Origin: Octopus sinensis | Lineage: Eukaryota | Assembly: GCF_006345805.1 (NCBI RefSeq) | Contig: NC_043006.1 | Location: 89,590,001-89,654,000, forward strand | Reading direction: 5' to 3' | Length of the DNA stretch: 64,000 nt | Shown here: piece after piece, positions 52,120-64,000 of the stretch | Numbering within the stretch: the first letter of the stretch is position 1 | How the letters are laid out: each line of letters begins with the position of its first letter | Program-made: the position numbers and the translations under genes | The notes under the pieces: generated by a model | What the model was told of the DNA's origin: nothing | What the model saw: only the letters and a program-made list of their open reading frames with translations | Database searches by the model: none

Positions 52120-52869
52120 ATGCTGCATGCATGCATGCATGCATGCATGCATGCATACATACATACATACATACATACATACATACATACATACATACAT
52201 ACATACATACATACATACATACATACATACATACATACATACATGATGGCTGCCCCCTCGTTATCGAGTATGGCCATTGCACGAAGCTTAACTGTTATTG
52301 GTGCTGTGATCGAATGTGACTTTATTTGCATTTTAAGGCTACAGCCAGCCATTCAGTTGAGACTCACAGCACCATCAACAATCATGAACAATGTTGTTAT
52401 CGTGCAATGCCTGTGCAAGAAGATTTTTTTTTAAAAGGCAGCCATAATCCGAAAAGAAGAACAAGTCAACATCATCGGTAACCACTGAGCCGCAGATTTT
52501 ATGTCGGAGTTATCCCAGTTACCTGAGTTACCTTCTCCTAGAAGGATGCCCTAACAAAGGCTAGGAGTTCTTCACTCCCAATGGTTTAACCGTGCAATCG
52601 GGTATTCAGTCCAATTATTTCTATGTCCCCACGCATGATACAGCCTTAAGCCTTAAGAGAAAAAAAAATACACATTTATTGGATGGCCGTTGACTCTCAA
52701 GAGTTCCTCCGCCCTTTGACGGGTTTTGTTTTTCATCCCGCAGGGTGTCCAATAATCACCCTCCTCACCAAGCAGGCTTAGTGGGGTTGCAGGTTTAGTC
52801 ACCGACGGCCTGGCCATGCAACAGGTTGTACTGGGTTACATGTTACCAGTAGCACTCGAAAGTGACCTG
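52120..52869 (-). mobile_element. Bipartite non-autonomous derivative of the 221-3787 RTE (5' UTR joined to the 3' ~75 bp and tail)
   Basis: 52245-52320 matches 221-296; ~52330-52869 matches ~3195-3787. Confidence 0.92.
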
Positions 52870-52888
52870 ACATAAACATACATAAACA

Positions 52889-52924
<36 letters not shown>

Positions 52925-53439
52925 TATATATACACACATATATACATATACATGTGTATATGATATAAAATATGTTTATACAATACTGAACAGCATTTGT
53001 GAAATTTATAGATGACTACATTCCAAAACGAACTTTGTAAATTCTTATATTCTGAAGTAAATTCATTTTCGTTATTAATCTGGATTTAAACTTTATACAA
53101 ATTGCAATATGACAGCTGTTTTATTACAGCCAAGTATGAAACAGCAGTGAACTGTACTGATTGACCTTGTGCTCCGAATTAACTCTGACTTTGGTTAAGG
53201 TGCAGAGATAGGAATTATGATATGGCGGTGAGCTAAAACTTAATTATTGTCTTAGTAAGACTAATTAATTTTAGAATTGTAGGTATGACACCAATGTCAC
53301 AATCAAGTGCTTAACACAAAGATATTACTTTTAATATCTATGTGTGGGTGTGTTTGTGTATATGTGTACATCTACATATATTTATATATGCTTAAGTGTA
53401 CATAAATATATGTCTAACACTTAAGAACAACAAAACTTC

Positions 53440-54480
53440 ACAGCTTCAGATTCCAGCTGAAGTTTGCAAAACTGGTCATTTAAATGAGCAACATCAGGAG
53501 ACTTGCACTAAAACATACAAAGGAGACATGACAACAATGTGGAGACAGGGAAGAATCCTACTATTTCCAAAGAAAGGTAACTTGGCATCTTTGAGAAATT
53601 ACAAAGATATCACATGAACAGTGGTGACAGCAAAAATTCACAGCAAAATGTTCCCAAATAGAATAAGGCCTCATTTTGTTATACACTTCTGCATAACAAA
53701 ATGGATTTGGAAAAGTAGAACAACAACAGCATAGATACAAGCAGTAAGGCTACTCATTGAAGGAGTCAAATCAGAATGGTTTTCAGCAATACTGAAATTC
53801 ATAGATTTCCAAAAAGTTCTTGACTTAATCCATTGGTTGCTCACAGAATCCTCTGGAAAATAGTCTTGACTGTTGAAGTGCTCCACAACGACACCTCTGT
53901 GTCCTTTGAAATTTTGGTAGCCTCACCCCTTTCCTATTCATAATAGCACTAGGCTAAGTGATGGGAGAAGCAACAAAAGATGGTGATTTAATCAGTTTTA
54001 AACCACAATAAGAATGCAACAGGAGACATCCTGCAGTGCACCCCACAGATGAGGACTTAGCATTAAGATCTGAGGCAACAAAACAAGCTTATGTTTTTAT
54101 CGTGAGTTGAGTTCGGTGCTTCCCTGATTGACTTACAGATGAGGATAAAACAAAGTACATCCAAAAAGAAAGCTGCCTATTAACAACAGCTGGATACAAA
54201 TCAGAAAAACATAATCGATTTCTTGTAATTGTGCTGATGGGATGATAAAAGAGAAAAAGGCTTTAAAATTCACATTGTTAAAAACATGATCAGCTCAGTC
54301 AGAGATGGACACCATTTGGAAATCAAAGTGAAACAGAGAGCTTAAGATTAGTTTCTCTAGAGTAACTATAGAAACCGTGTTCTTACACAGCTGTACTAAA
54401 GTAGATTCTAATGAAGACATAGAAAAGAAAACTAAATGGAACAAACTCAAGATTTCTCAGAGCAGCACTTAACATCAAAT
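53440..54480 (+). pseudogene. Degraded RTE-like RT remnant
   Basis: GRILLFPKKGNL..NYKDIT, NRIRPH, NGFGKSRTT, LIEGVKS, FIDFQK with stops. Confidence 0.7.
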
Positions 54481-54912
54481 TGCAGTCTGTGTGTGTGTGC
54501 ATGCATTTGTGCACATGTGTGCACGCATGCCCATGCATGTTCATTTATACATACATGCATATTAGTAGTACAAGATGTGGAATAAGAGAACTGTGTGACT
54601 AACACAGAAAGCTCTTCTTACAGAATCTACTATCAATCCACAGAGCAATCAATTACAAAGAAGTGTAATATAGAGTGTCCACGTCACTGAAAATCCAGAA
54701 GATCCAGTCAATGAAGGTATTTCGTGAGTAAAATATAAAACCATAAGGTCAGGAGATATGAGAGTTGATTATATATTTATTTAACAATGTGACATCCATA
54801 GGATTATGACCATTTTGACAACCTTCTTAACATAGTATTAATTTCAAATATCCAAGAAATTCTGTGTACATGTTGGCATTAATATGTATACTCAGTGTTG
54901 TACAATAGAATT

Positions 54913-56563
54913 CAGTGGCGTGTGGTGACTTCCGGGGCTGGACATGCAATGAATTTCTTAAATTTTCTTCTTAAATAGTACCCATGATTTTTAAATTGTT
55001 TGCAATACTCATCAAATTTGTTGAAATTCGAAAGTTCCATGAATTTAAACTCTTCTAAGGATGAATATCGTGCTTTTATTTGGTCAACTATTGCACTGAT
55101 AATTTTGTTATAAAGCATTTTATAATGTCGTTGGAGCTCAATAGATATATTCTTGGATCTCTGAATTCCAATTCCTGCATCGACTCCATATTTTTCCCCC
55201 CGGGTTCAGTTCCACTGCGTGGCACCTTGGGCAAGGGTCTTCTACTATAGTCTCGGGCCGACCAAAGCCTTGTGAGTGGATTTGGTAGACGGAAACTGAA
55301 AGAAGCCCGTGGTATATATGTATATATATGCGTGTGTGTGTGTTTGTGCGTCTGTGTTTGTCCCCCTAGCATTGCTTGGCAACCGATGCTGGTGTGTTTA
55401 TGTCCCCGTTACTTAGCGGTTCGGCAAAATAGACCGATAGAATAAGTCCCGGGGTCGAGTTGCTCGATTAAAGGCGGTGCTCGAGCATGGCCGCAGTCAA
55501 ATGACTGAAACAAGTAAAAGAGATTGAAAAATTATCAAGTCTGTTTTCGAGTACAGTTCTAGTTTTATCTATTTGATCTTTACAATACACTATGTCATGA
55601 CTTTTACTCTGGAGGATGTTAAATATGAAAAAAGAAAAAATCTCACTGAATACTTCTAACAAAAATAAGAAATCAGGAGCTTTTAAAGTTTGTAAGAATC
55701 CAATTGCTGAATTTATGGTGGTATCATCCCATGCTTCAGGATTTTCAATGATGTGCTCAAAAAGGCTGATTATGAAATGATAATTTTCCTTTGTGGTAAT
55801 ACTAAGCCGTGAGGCTGTTGGCTTCGGAAATCTTTTTTTTAACAATGTTATCTAATGCATTAGCCCTTTGGTCTCCCACCGATATAATTAATTATTTTCC
55901 ATCAAATTCTCCTTTCGAAAAACTATTTCTCAAAATATTGTTTATAACACACATTTCACTCATTTCGTAAAAGGCTGTTCTTATATACGAACACACGTGG
56001 AAACGCTGGCGTAAATTGTAAGTCAATTTCAACAAAACAGAAAGATACAGAAAGTGGGTATCATTCGGTCAGCTCATAGCATGACATGCCACTGAGAGAA
56101 AGGGGAAGGGGGTACAAAATATTATGAACGACCTTCCCTCCTAGCATCTGTTTTATGAATTCACTAAGAGAGAGAGAGAGGAAGGAGGGACAAACTAAGA
56201 GACAGAGAGGGAAGTCATGGGGGTCTTCCCACAGCATAGCCACTAAGAGAAAGAGGAAGGGGGTAAAAATATTTCAAATGCCCTATCCCCTTAGCATGTC
56301 TTTTAAACAAGTCGCTAAGAGTGAGAGAGAGAGGAAGGAAGGACAAACTGAGACAGAGAGGGAGTGTCTAACATGCTGGTCTTGTCAATGCATGACTTCT
56401 AAAAGCAGAAGTAGAGTCACTGAGAGAGAAGGGGAGAAAAATACAACTGGACGGATTTTCTTTGAAACAAAGTAACTATTTTATCTAATTTTCCGATCAT
56501 ATGAATAAAAAAATCACAGGGCATGCAACGCATACCTTGCATACCTGAGAGTGCACGCCCCTG
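54913..56563 (-). mobile_element. Internally deleted hAT transposon (ZMYM1-like transposase remnants)
   Basis: 8-bp TSD ATAGAATT at 54905-54912 and 56564-56571; TIR CAG(T/G)GGCGTG; LFEHIIENPEAWD..AIGFLQTL..FLFLLEVF..ILQSK and LYNKII..QIKARYSSL. Confidence 0.9.
55200..55522 (+). mobile_element. Family A SINE nested in the hAT transposase
   Basis: Matches 7310-7687 and splits the transposase frame. Confidence 0.9.
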
Positions 56564-56896
56564 ATAGAATTGCATATTCACAAATTAATGTCTATAAAGA
56601 AAGCTAGCTCATCAGATCACTGGAACATCATGGTTACAGTAACTCTTCTTTATCAAAGAAAGTACTCTATCCAGTGAGAAATAAATGTTTGAGACATACA
56701 GTATTTAATTAGAGCTACCAACAGTTGAATGTAGTGGAAACAATAATTCAGCAGATTTTGTGTCTTGTGTCTCCTTGGCCCCCTTCAGGCATAAACCACA
56801 AGACATGATATATATTATTGTGTTTCCACAGCATGAAGCCATTGGTAGCTCATATTTAAATACTGTGTATATTTTATTATATATACACATACATAC

Positions 56897-56974
<78 letters not shown>

Positions 56975-56975
<1 letters not shown>

Positions 56976-57684
56976 GTGCAAGAGAGACAACTGTGCTGGT
57001 ATGATCATGTGTTGCAAATGGATGAGGACAGCTGTGTGAAAAAGTGTCAAACCCTAGCAGTTGAGGGAACTTGTGGAAGAGGTAGACTCAGGAAGACCTG
57101 GGTTGAGGGGGGTGAAGCACAACCTTCGAACATTGGGCCTTACCGAGGCAATGACAAGTGACTGACACCTTTGGAGATATGCTGTGCTTCAGAAGACCCG
57201 GCAAGCCAAGTGAGACCATAAACATGGCCTATGCCAGTACTATATAACCAGCCCATTTAAGAGTACCCTTCAATCATTGGGCAATAAACTATACTTGCAA
57301 AGACCTGTTGAGGCAAGTGAAATTGCTGTCATGGCCAATGACAGTACAGCCTGATTGGCAGCTGTGCCAGTGGAACATTAAAAGCACCATTTGAGCATGG
57401 TTGCTGCCAGTGCCATGGAACTGGCTCTTGTGCAGGTGGCATGTAAAAAGTACCATTTGAGCATGGCCAATGCCAGTACTGCCTGACTGGTCCTTGTCCC
57501 AGTGGCACGTAAAAGCACCCACTACACTCTCGGAGTGCTTGGTGTTAGGAAGGGCATTCAGCTGTAGAAACTTTGCCAGATCAAATTGGAGACTGGTGCA
57601 GCCTTCTGGATCGCCAGCCCTCAGTCAAACCATCTAACCCATGCTAGCATAGAAAGTGGACGTTAAACAATGATGATGATGATG

Positions 57685-57686
<2 letters not shown>
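56975..57686 (+). mobile_element. 5'-truncated PHD-RTE copy following a (TG)n tract
   Basis: VQERQLCWYDHVLQMDEDSCVKKC..GRGRLRKTW; family 3' UTR and (GAT)n tail. Confidence 0.88.
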
Positions 57687-57727
<41 letters not shown>

Positions 57728-59029
57728 GAGACATACACATATTAATATATATCTATCACTCACTACATCCACCTCTACTCCCATCTATAACTATTTGTTA
57801 TTCTCACCTGATGCACTTATGAAACTATCCACCTTTCCTTTATTCCTCTCGTCTGCTATCTCCATCCTCTCTTATATTCACCTATGTCTTGGGAGTTTGC
57901 ACTAGCACCCCATCGTTACCATCTTTATCTTCTTCTCGGTTAATACTGTTCACCCTTATGCAATGCAGTATAGCCAGGGATCTTCCTGATAGCAAAATAT
58001 CTGTATGATAGAGGGTACCCCTGTCATAGGATACCCTTTATCATACTTTAGACTCTCAACACCCAGCATAAAGCCACCATTTCCTCTCAAACACTTCACC
58101 CAACTTTAGTCAAGGGTGTTTTTTTTTTCCTGTTCTTTTCCTCACTAGCAATGGTGACACATAAAAAATAGCATTATACACTGTAAAGCATTGGAAGTGC
58201 ATCCAGTCATAGAAACCATGCCAAAGTTGAGGCTGGAGTTCAACACAAGCCTGTGGCTCACCAGATCCTGTCAAACTGTCCACCCATGCTTGGATGTAAC
58301 ATAGTTACGAAATGATAAATGACAACCATGATTATGATGATGATATATGTTATCATATAAATGTAAAAATTTAAATCTTAAATGATAACAGTCTGCAGTC
58401 ACATCTATATTGATTTTAAGTCAAGTTTAATATTTGAAACATTAGATTTGTATACAAAAAAATAATAATTAAAAACTACAAAAAGTAGCTTCTTCCTTCC
58501 ACTTTATCACATTCTTAGTTCAGAGCTTTCGATTAATGACTTTACTTTAAGTGTTTTATCAACAGCATTTTGCTGATAACAAATTTTGGAATTATATACA
58601 AGAAATGCATAAGTGTAATATTGAAGAAATTAATTTTTCCCTTGAAACTTAATAACCTTGGCTTATTACCAGACTACTTAACAGGTGAAGTTTTGGTAAA
58701 AATAAAAATGATTTTTATAGGAATTATGTCCAAAATAAACTTTTGTTAATATGATAGTTATTGCGTTGATGTGTATATACCATCATAATCACAATTTAAC
58801 ATCCACTTTTCCATGCTTGGTCAAACAAAACCTTGTTGAGGCAGATTTTCTATGGGTGAATGGCCTTCCTGTCATCAAACCTCGCTTGTTTCCAAATGAG
58901 ATAATATTTCTCCATAACCTGACATGTTTCCATGGAAGATTGGGAACAAAGGACACTGCTTACATGATGGTTCACAACTAACCTGGAATATTAAGGGAAG
59001 GAGACAGCAACACACACACATGCACGATG

Positions 59030-60300
59030 GGTTTCTTTCCACCAAATACACTCGCAAGACATTTGCCCAAGATTCCAACAAGAGGAACTAAATTGAGAAC
59101 CACATGGTTGAGAAGCAATCTTTTTACCAGAAGTTCATACCTGCTCCTACATGTGTGTGTGTGTGTGTATGCATGTGTATAATTCGCAACTGTGCCTGAA
59201 CATTTGTGTAATGAAATCATTTCACTATTTTTTAGATAAATTACTTCAAAAAGATGTTGACAATCTTTAGTTGGCTTGGGAATAGTGATTTATCCCAAAA
59301 TTTTTGCATAAAGTAATTTAGAAAAAATGATGAAAATTAAATAAATAAAGAAAGAAAGAAACAAGCACAGAGGTGCAAGTGTGGCTGTATGGTTGATAAG
59401 TTTGATTTCCAACTGTGTGGTTTCAAGTTCAGTCCCACTGCATGACACCTTGGGCATGTGTTTTCTACTGTAGCCTGGGCTTACCATAGCCTTGTGAGTG
59501 GATTTCATACATGGGAATTGAAAGAAGACCACCGTTTGTGTGTGTGGTTCACTTTTATATATTACATTCACTTTTTATATTAAAATTATTACAGCTACAA
59601 CAAACACCCATTTCATATTCTATATCAAAGATAAATCTGGATCATTCTGTTTATTTTCTATCAAAATCCAAAATGAGTTGTTGTATTCATTAAACATTCT
59701 ACATCAAAGATTAATCCAATAGTACTAAGTGATGCTGAAAGAGGGCTGAGAAAAGATTTTGAAGTGAACCTTAGACAATAGTTTGATAAAAACAGTCTAG
59801 ACATCTTTTAGTTTTCATCGACCATATCCACCCACAAGGCTTTGATCAGCTTTGAGCAACAATAAAAGTCACTCGCTTGCAACGTAATGCAGCAAGATTG
59901 ACCATCTTTGTTCATAATCAAATGTAAGGTACAGGCATAGTTAATAAATGAGGATGTGCTTTTCAATTTAGTTCAACTTTGAGCAAGAATCTTCTGTAGT
60001 TCCTGGTCAACCAATGCCTTGTGAGTGAATTTGGTTGATGGAAACTGTAGTGGTCTATCAAATGTGTGTGTGTGTATGTGTTTGAATGTGAGAATGCGTG
60101 TATATTTGTCTGTTACCACTGGACAGCTGGTGTTGGTTTGTTTTCATCCCCTCAGCTTAGGAGTTTATCCTAAATAGACCAATACAATAAGTGCTGGACA
60201 TTAAAGAATAAGTACTAGAGTGGATCTGACTGACAGAACTTTTAAATGCAGAGCCCCAGCATGGCTACAATCCAATAACTTAAGCATGTAACAGAATAAA
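59030..60300. mobile_element. Cluster of degenerate family A SINE pieces (minus ~59030-59200; plus ~59370-59545 and ~59990-60300)
   Basis: GGCTGTATGG, TTCAGTCCCACTG and CCTTGTGAGTGGATTT motifs. Confidence 0.65.
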
Positions 60301-60430
60301 AGAATAATAATATTTATGAATCAAAAAATCCTGAACAAGATTGGTAAACATGGAAAAATGACTTTAAAATGAAAAGAATGTCAAATGTACTGCAAATTCA
60401 TTGCAAATATTGGTGAATCATTATTCTTTT

Positions 60431-60820
60431 CTATTCTAAGCACAAGGCCTGAAATTTTGGAGGAGGGCCTTGTCAATTAGATCAACCCCAGTACACAACT
60501 GGTATTTAATTTATCAACCCTGAAAAGATGAAAGGCAAAGTCGACCTCAGCAGAATTTGAACTCAGAATGTAAAGACAGACGAAGTACCTATTTCTTTAC
60601 TACCCACAAGGGGCTAAACACAGAGAGGACAAACAAGGACAGACAAATGGATTAAGTCGATTATATCGACCCCAGTGCATAACTGGTACTTATTTAATCA
60701 ACCCCGAAAGGATGAAAGGCAAAGTCGACCTCGACGGAATTTGAACTCAGAATGTAGTGGCAGATGAAATACCGCTGAGCATTTTGCCTGATGTGCTAAT
60801 GTGTCTGCCAGCTCGCCGCC
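60431..60820 (-). mobile_element. Two tandem family C SINEs (one truncated, one full)
   Basis: GAAAGGATGAAAGGCAAAGTCGACCTC core occurs twice; head at 60770-60820. Confidence 0.85.
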
Positions 60821-61840
60821 TTAATGGTAAATCATTATTGAAGTATGTAGGATCAGATGCCAAAACTGACAAGAGTAATGCAGGCTACTGAGCCTAATAT
60901 TAAAAGGAAGAAAAAAACAGTGAGGGCAGCTATTTTAGCAGAAAATATATCACTTCAAAAATCAGAAGTTTTAAGGTGACTGAGTTCTAAGATTTATTGG
61001 GCAAAGCAGATTTAAGGAGAAAAATAGGGACCCACAGTGCAGGAGATCAAGATCAAACAACCACTGACTATTTGAGGAGAATTATATCAATGTAGGAGAG
61101 TCAAAGTAATTTTACTGTTCAGAGAAAAAAATGTAGTCAATGGTTATAGATGCTATTCTCAAAGAATAGTAAATGCCAACTGTGACAAACGGTTTTTATT
61201 ATAATCTTCATTAAGTCTTGCATTCTTTGTGTAAATTTCAAGTCATTGTATACTTACATCAACATGGATTTGAAGAACTTTATGAAAAATAAACAAATGG
61301 AAAATATCAGACGGTTTTAATATGGAAACACATTGGGTCATAGAACTAAGATGACAAAGCTAGTGATGACCCTTTCACACATGGCTACACCCAGTGAACC
61401 CAATATTGTGACATAAAGAATACCATGAGCATTGACTACTTTTTGAAACCTTGAGTTTTAAAAGTTGCTTATAAAGAGAACAACAGAACAATTGTAATAC
61501 GAATGTAATTGAAACACAATGTTCCATCAATGGAAAGCTTCTATTTTACATAGAATCAGCTAAAAATAAAACCAAACATAAATATATTTATAGAGATTTT
61601 ATTTATTTCGATTTACAGATATATCTTAGTTGAAGTCCATTCAGACAAAAGTTATCAGAATTCATTGAAATAAATTTACAATGACTCACACTGTATATAA
61701 ACGTAATAAAGTGTATTATCATAATAATGCAATATAATATGAATTGTGTATGAAATAGTTTACATAATACAGACAAGTTCAAGATTAACTTATTCAGATA
61801 TGTAAATATATATTAGTAATATACATGTAAGTAGAATATA

Positions 61841-62100
61841 TATACATATTAGAGGGAAACCACTATGTGGACACCCTTATGCTAGAAATAGATCTGGTAT
61901 GGCCTTACCACTAAGAAATGTTCTCAAGAAAATATTTAGCAAAACAACCAAAATGTAATCGAGCAAGACAAAAGAAAAAGCAATATAAATATGGATTATT
62001 CACATACATGTTTCACTATAACCATATTACGTAATTTTACTTACGTGAATGTCCGAGATCATTGGTGTGACCACATAGTGGTTTCCCTCTAATATGTATA
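61841..62100. mobile_element. 260-bp MITE with a perfect 30-bp terminal inverted repeat
   Basis: TATACATATTAGAGGGAAACCACTATGTGG / CCACATAGTGGTTTCCCTCTAATATGTATA. Confidence 0.85.
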
Positions 62101-62199
62101 TAATACAATTTTACTGAACCTTCAGTTTTTCTATATGCTAGACCACTGGTGTGAAATCGATGTTAATTAAATTAATATCTAATTTCTCACCCTCATTTT

Positions 62200-62364
<165 letters not shown>

Positions 62365-63402
62365 GAATGACCGAGTGGATAGGGATGCAATGTGCTGCAG
62401 TTGTAGATGGTAGATTGCTGAGGGCTGTACAGAGTTTCTATAGGGAAAGTAAGGCATGCATTAGGGTGGGTAGTGAAGTAAGTGAATGGTTTGATGTGAA
62501 GGTGGGGTTAAGACAAGGTTGTGTAATGTCTCTGTGGGTACTTAACCTATATATGGATGGTGTGGTGAAAGAGGTGAATGCTAGAACCCTCGGTAGGGGA
62601 GCCCAAATGGTGGGAGAAAATGGAGAGAAATGGCAGGCGAGTCAGTTGTTGTTTGCTGATGATACAGCACTGGTGGTGGATTTGGAAGAGCAACTGAAGA
62701 GACTGGTGATAGAGTTTGGAAGAGCTGTGTGAGAGGAGGAAACTAAAATTAAAATGTAGCTAAGAGTAAGGTGATGAGATGTTTGAGAGATGGAATGGCT
62801 GGTAGGATGGATGTGAGTATAAATGGTGAGATGTTAGAGGAGGTGAGTGTTTTTAAGTATCTGGGGTCACATGTGATGGTGGATGGGGCGTTGGCTGAGG
62901 AGGTGGGATACGGAGTGAAGGAGGGGAGTAAAATACTTGAAGTTGTGAAAGGTATGCTGAGAGATAAAAGGTTAGTATGAAAGCGAAAAGAGGTGTGTAT
63001 GAGGGCATGACTGTGCTGACAATGTTATACGGTGCAGAGACGTGGGGACTGAGAGAGGCAGAAAAGAGGCAACTAGATGTGTTTGAGGGATATGGTGGGT
63101 GTGACATGGATGGACAGGATGAGGAATGAAGAAGTGCGCAGACAAGCAGGAATGAAAGGAAAACAACCAAATTGGATAGACAAATGTTGAGGTGGTTTGG
63201 CCACATGGAGAGGATGGATGAGGAGTGGATGGTAAAGAGGGTGATGAAGGCAGAAGTGGTAGACAGCAGAACCAGAGGCAGACCTTGGTTTGTGTGGATG
63301 GATGGAGTGAGGAAAGCTTTGATGGTCAGAGGTGTTGAAGTGAGAGAGGCAAGAGAGATTATAAATGATAGGAAAGGTTGGAGAATGTTTGTGGACAGAT
63401 GA
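62365..63402 (+). mobile_element. 5'-truncated degenerate RTE LINE of a further family (no PHD insert)
   Basis: KVGLRQGCVMS, LLFADDTAL, FKYLGS, LYGAETW, LRWFGHMERM. Confidence 0.88.
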
Positions 63403-63623
63403 GTGAATTTGATGTTGCTCAAAGGGGTATGGAACCAGCTTGATGCGGCAGGAATAACCCAACATATGCTGTCGGATCCTGCTACTGATACTGGGGGTTG
63501 CATTCTATGCCTTGACCTGAGCATAAAACAGGGCTCGCTTCTTTGAGCTGGGAAATAAATGGAATGCTTGGTGTCTTGTTGTGGCTACCCCCTCCCAAAA
63601 AGAAAATGAGGAATAAGCCTGGG

Positions 63624-63660
<37 letters not shown>

Positions 63661-63770
63661 AAATTAATAAAATATTTTGTATTATTTTTTAGTCATGGGA
63701 TAAGGCAGTGCCTGTGGCCCAAATAATGCCTCTGAGATTAACAAAAAGATTATATATATATATATATATA

Positions 63771-64000
63771 TCACCGTGACCGACCAGGCTATCAGATGTT
63801 GCTACACACCGCTTATCACAAGTGACGCTACCCCGCTGGCTAAGCGGGCAGGCCAACAGAAGAAAGAGTGATAGAAGTTGTGGCGAAAGAGTACAGCAGG
63901 GGTCGCCACCACCCCCTGCCAGAGCCTCGTGGAGCTTTAGGTGTTTTCACTCAATAAACACTCACAACGCCCGGTCTGGGAATCGAAACCGCGATCCTAC
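63771..64000 (-). mobile_element. Family B SINE, cut by the window end
   Basis: Reverse complement matches 21480-21719. Confidence 0.9.

Overview
AT-rich, repeat-saturated animal genomic DNA. The SINE and LINE families look cephalopod, probably Octopus (inference from recalled family sequences; no database search was run). No host gene can be named; a few unique islands may be exons. The window holds three or more RTE-clade LINE families: two near-full-length BovB-like copies, a high-copy family with a PHD-type zinc finger inside its RT, and degraded copies. It also holds a Tx1/L1 fragment, Penelope-like (PLE) fragments, three tRNA-derived SINE families, mariner/maT/rosa-like and hAT DNA transposons, a non-autonomous Helitron, hairpin MITEs and many microsatellites, including a ~1.2 kb (TACA)n array. 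Most ORFs in the supplied track are microsatellite artefacts or antisense shadows of RT ORFs. The most notable structures are: (1) a 378-bp insertion with an 11-bp TSD that joins a tRNA-type Pol III head to a decayed hammerhead ribozyme and a PLE-like inverted partial repeat; (2) a complete set of hammerhead core motifs and stems in a non-standard strand order at ~25.7 kb; (3) a palindromic mariner-derived element interrupted by a LINE; (4) a 350-bp fold-back inverted duplication; (5) a bipartite non-autonomous RTE derivative.
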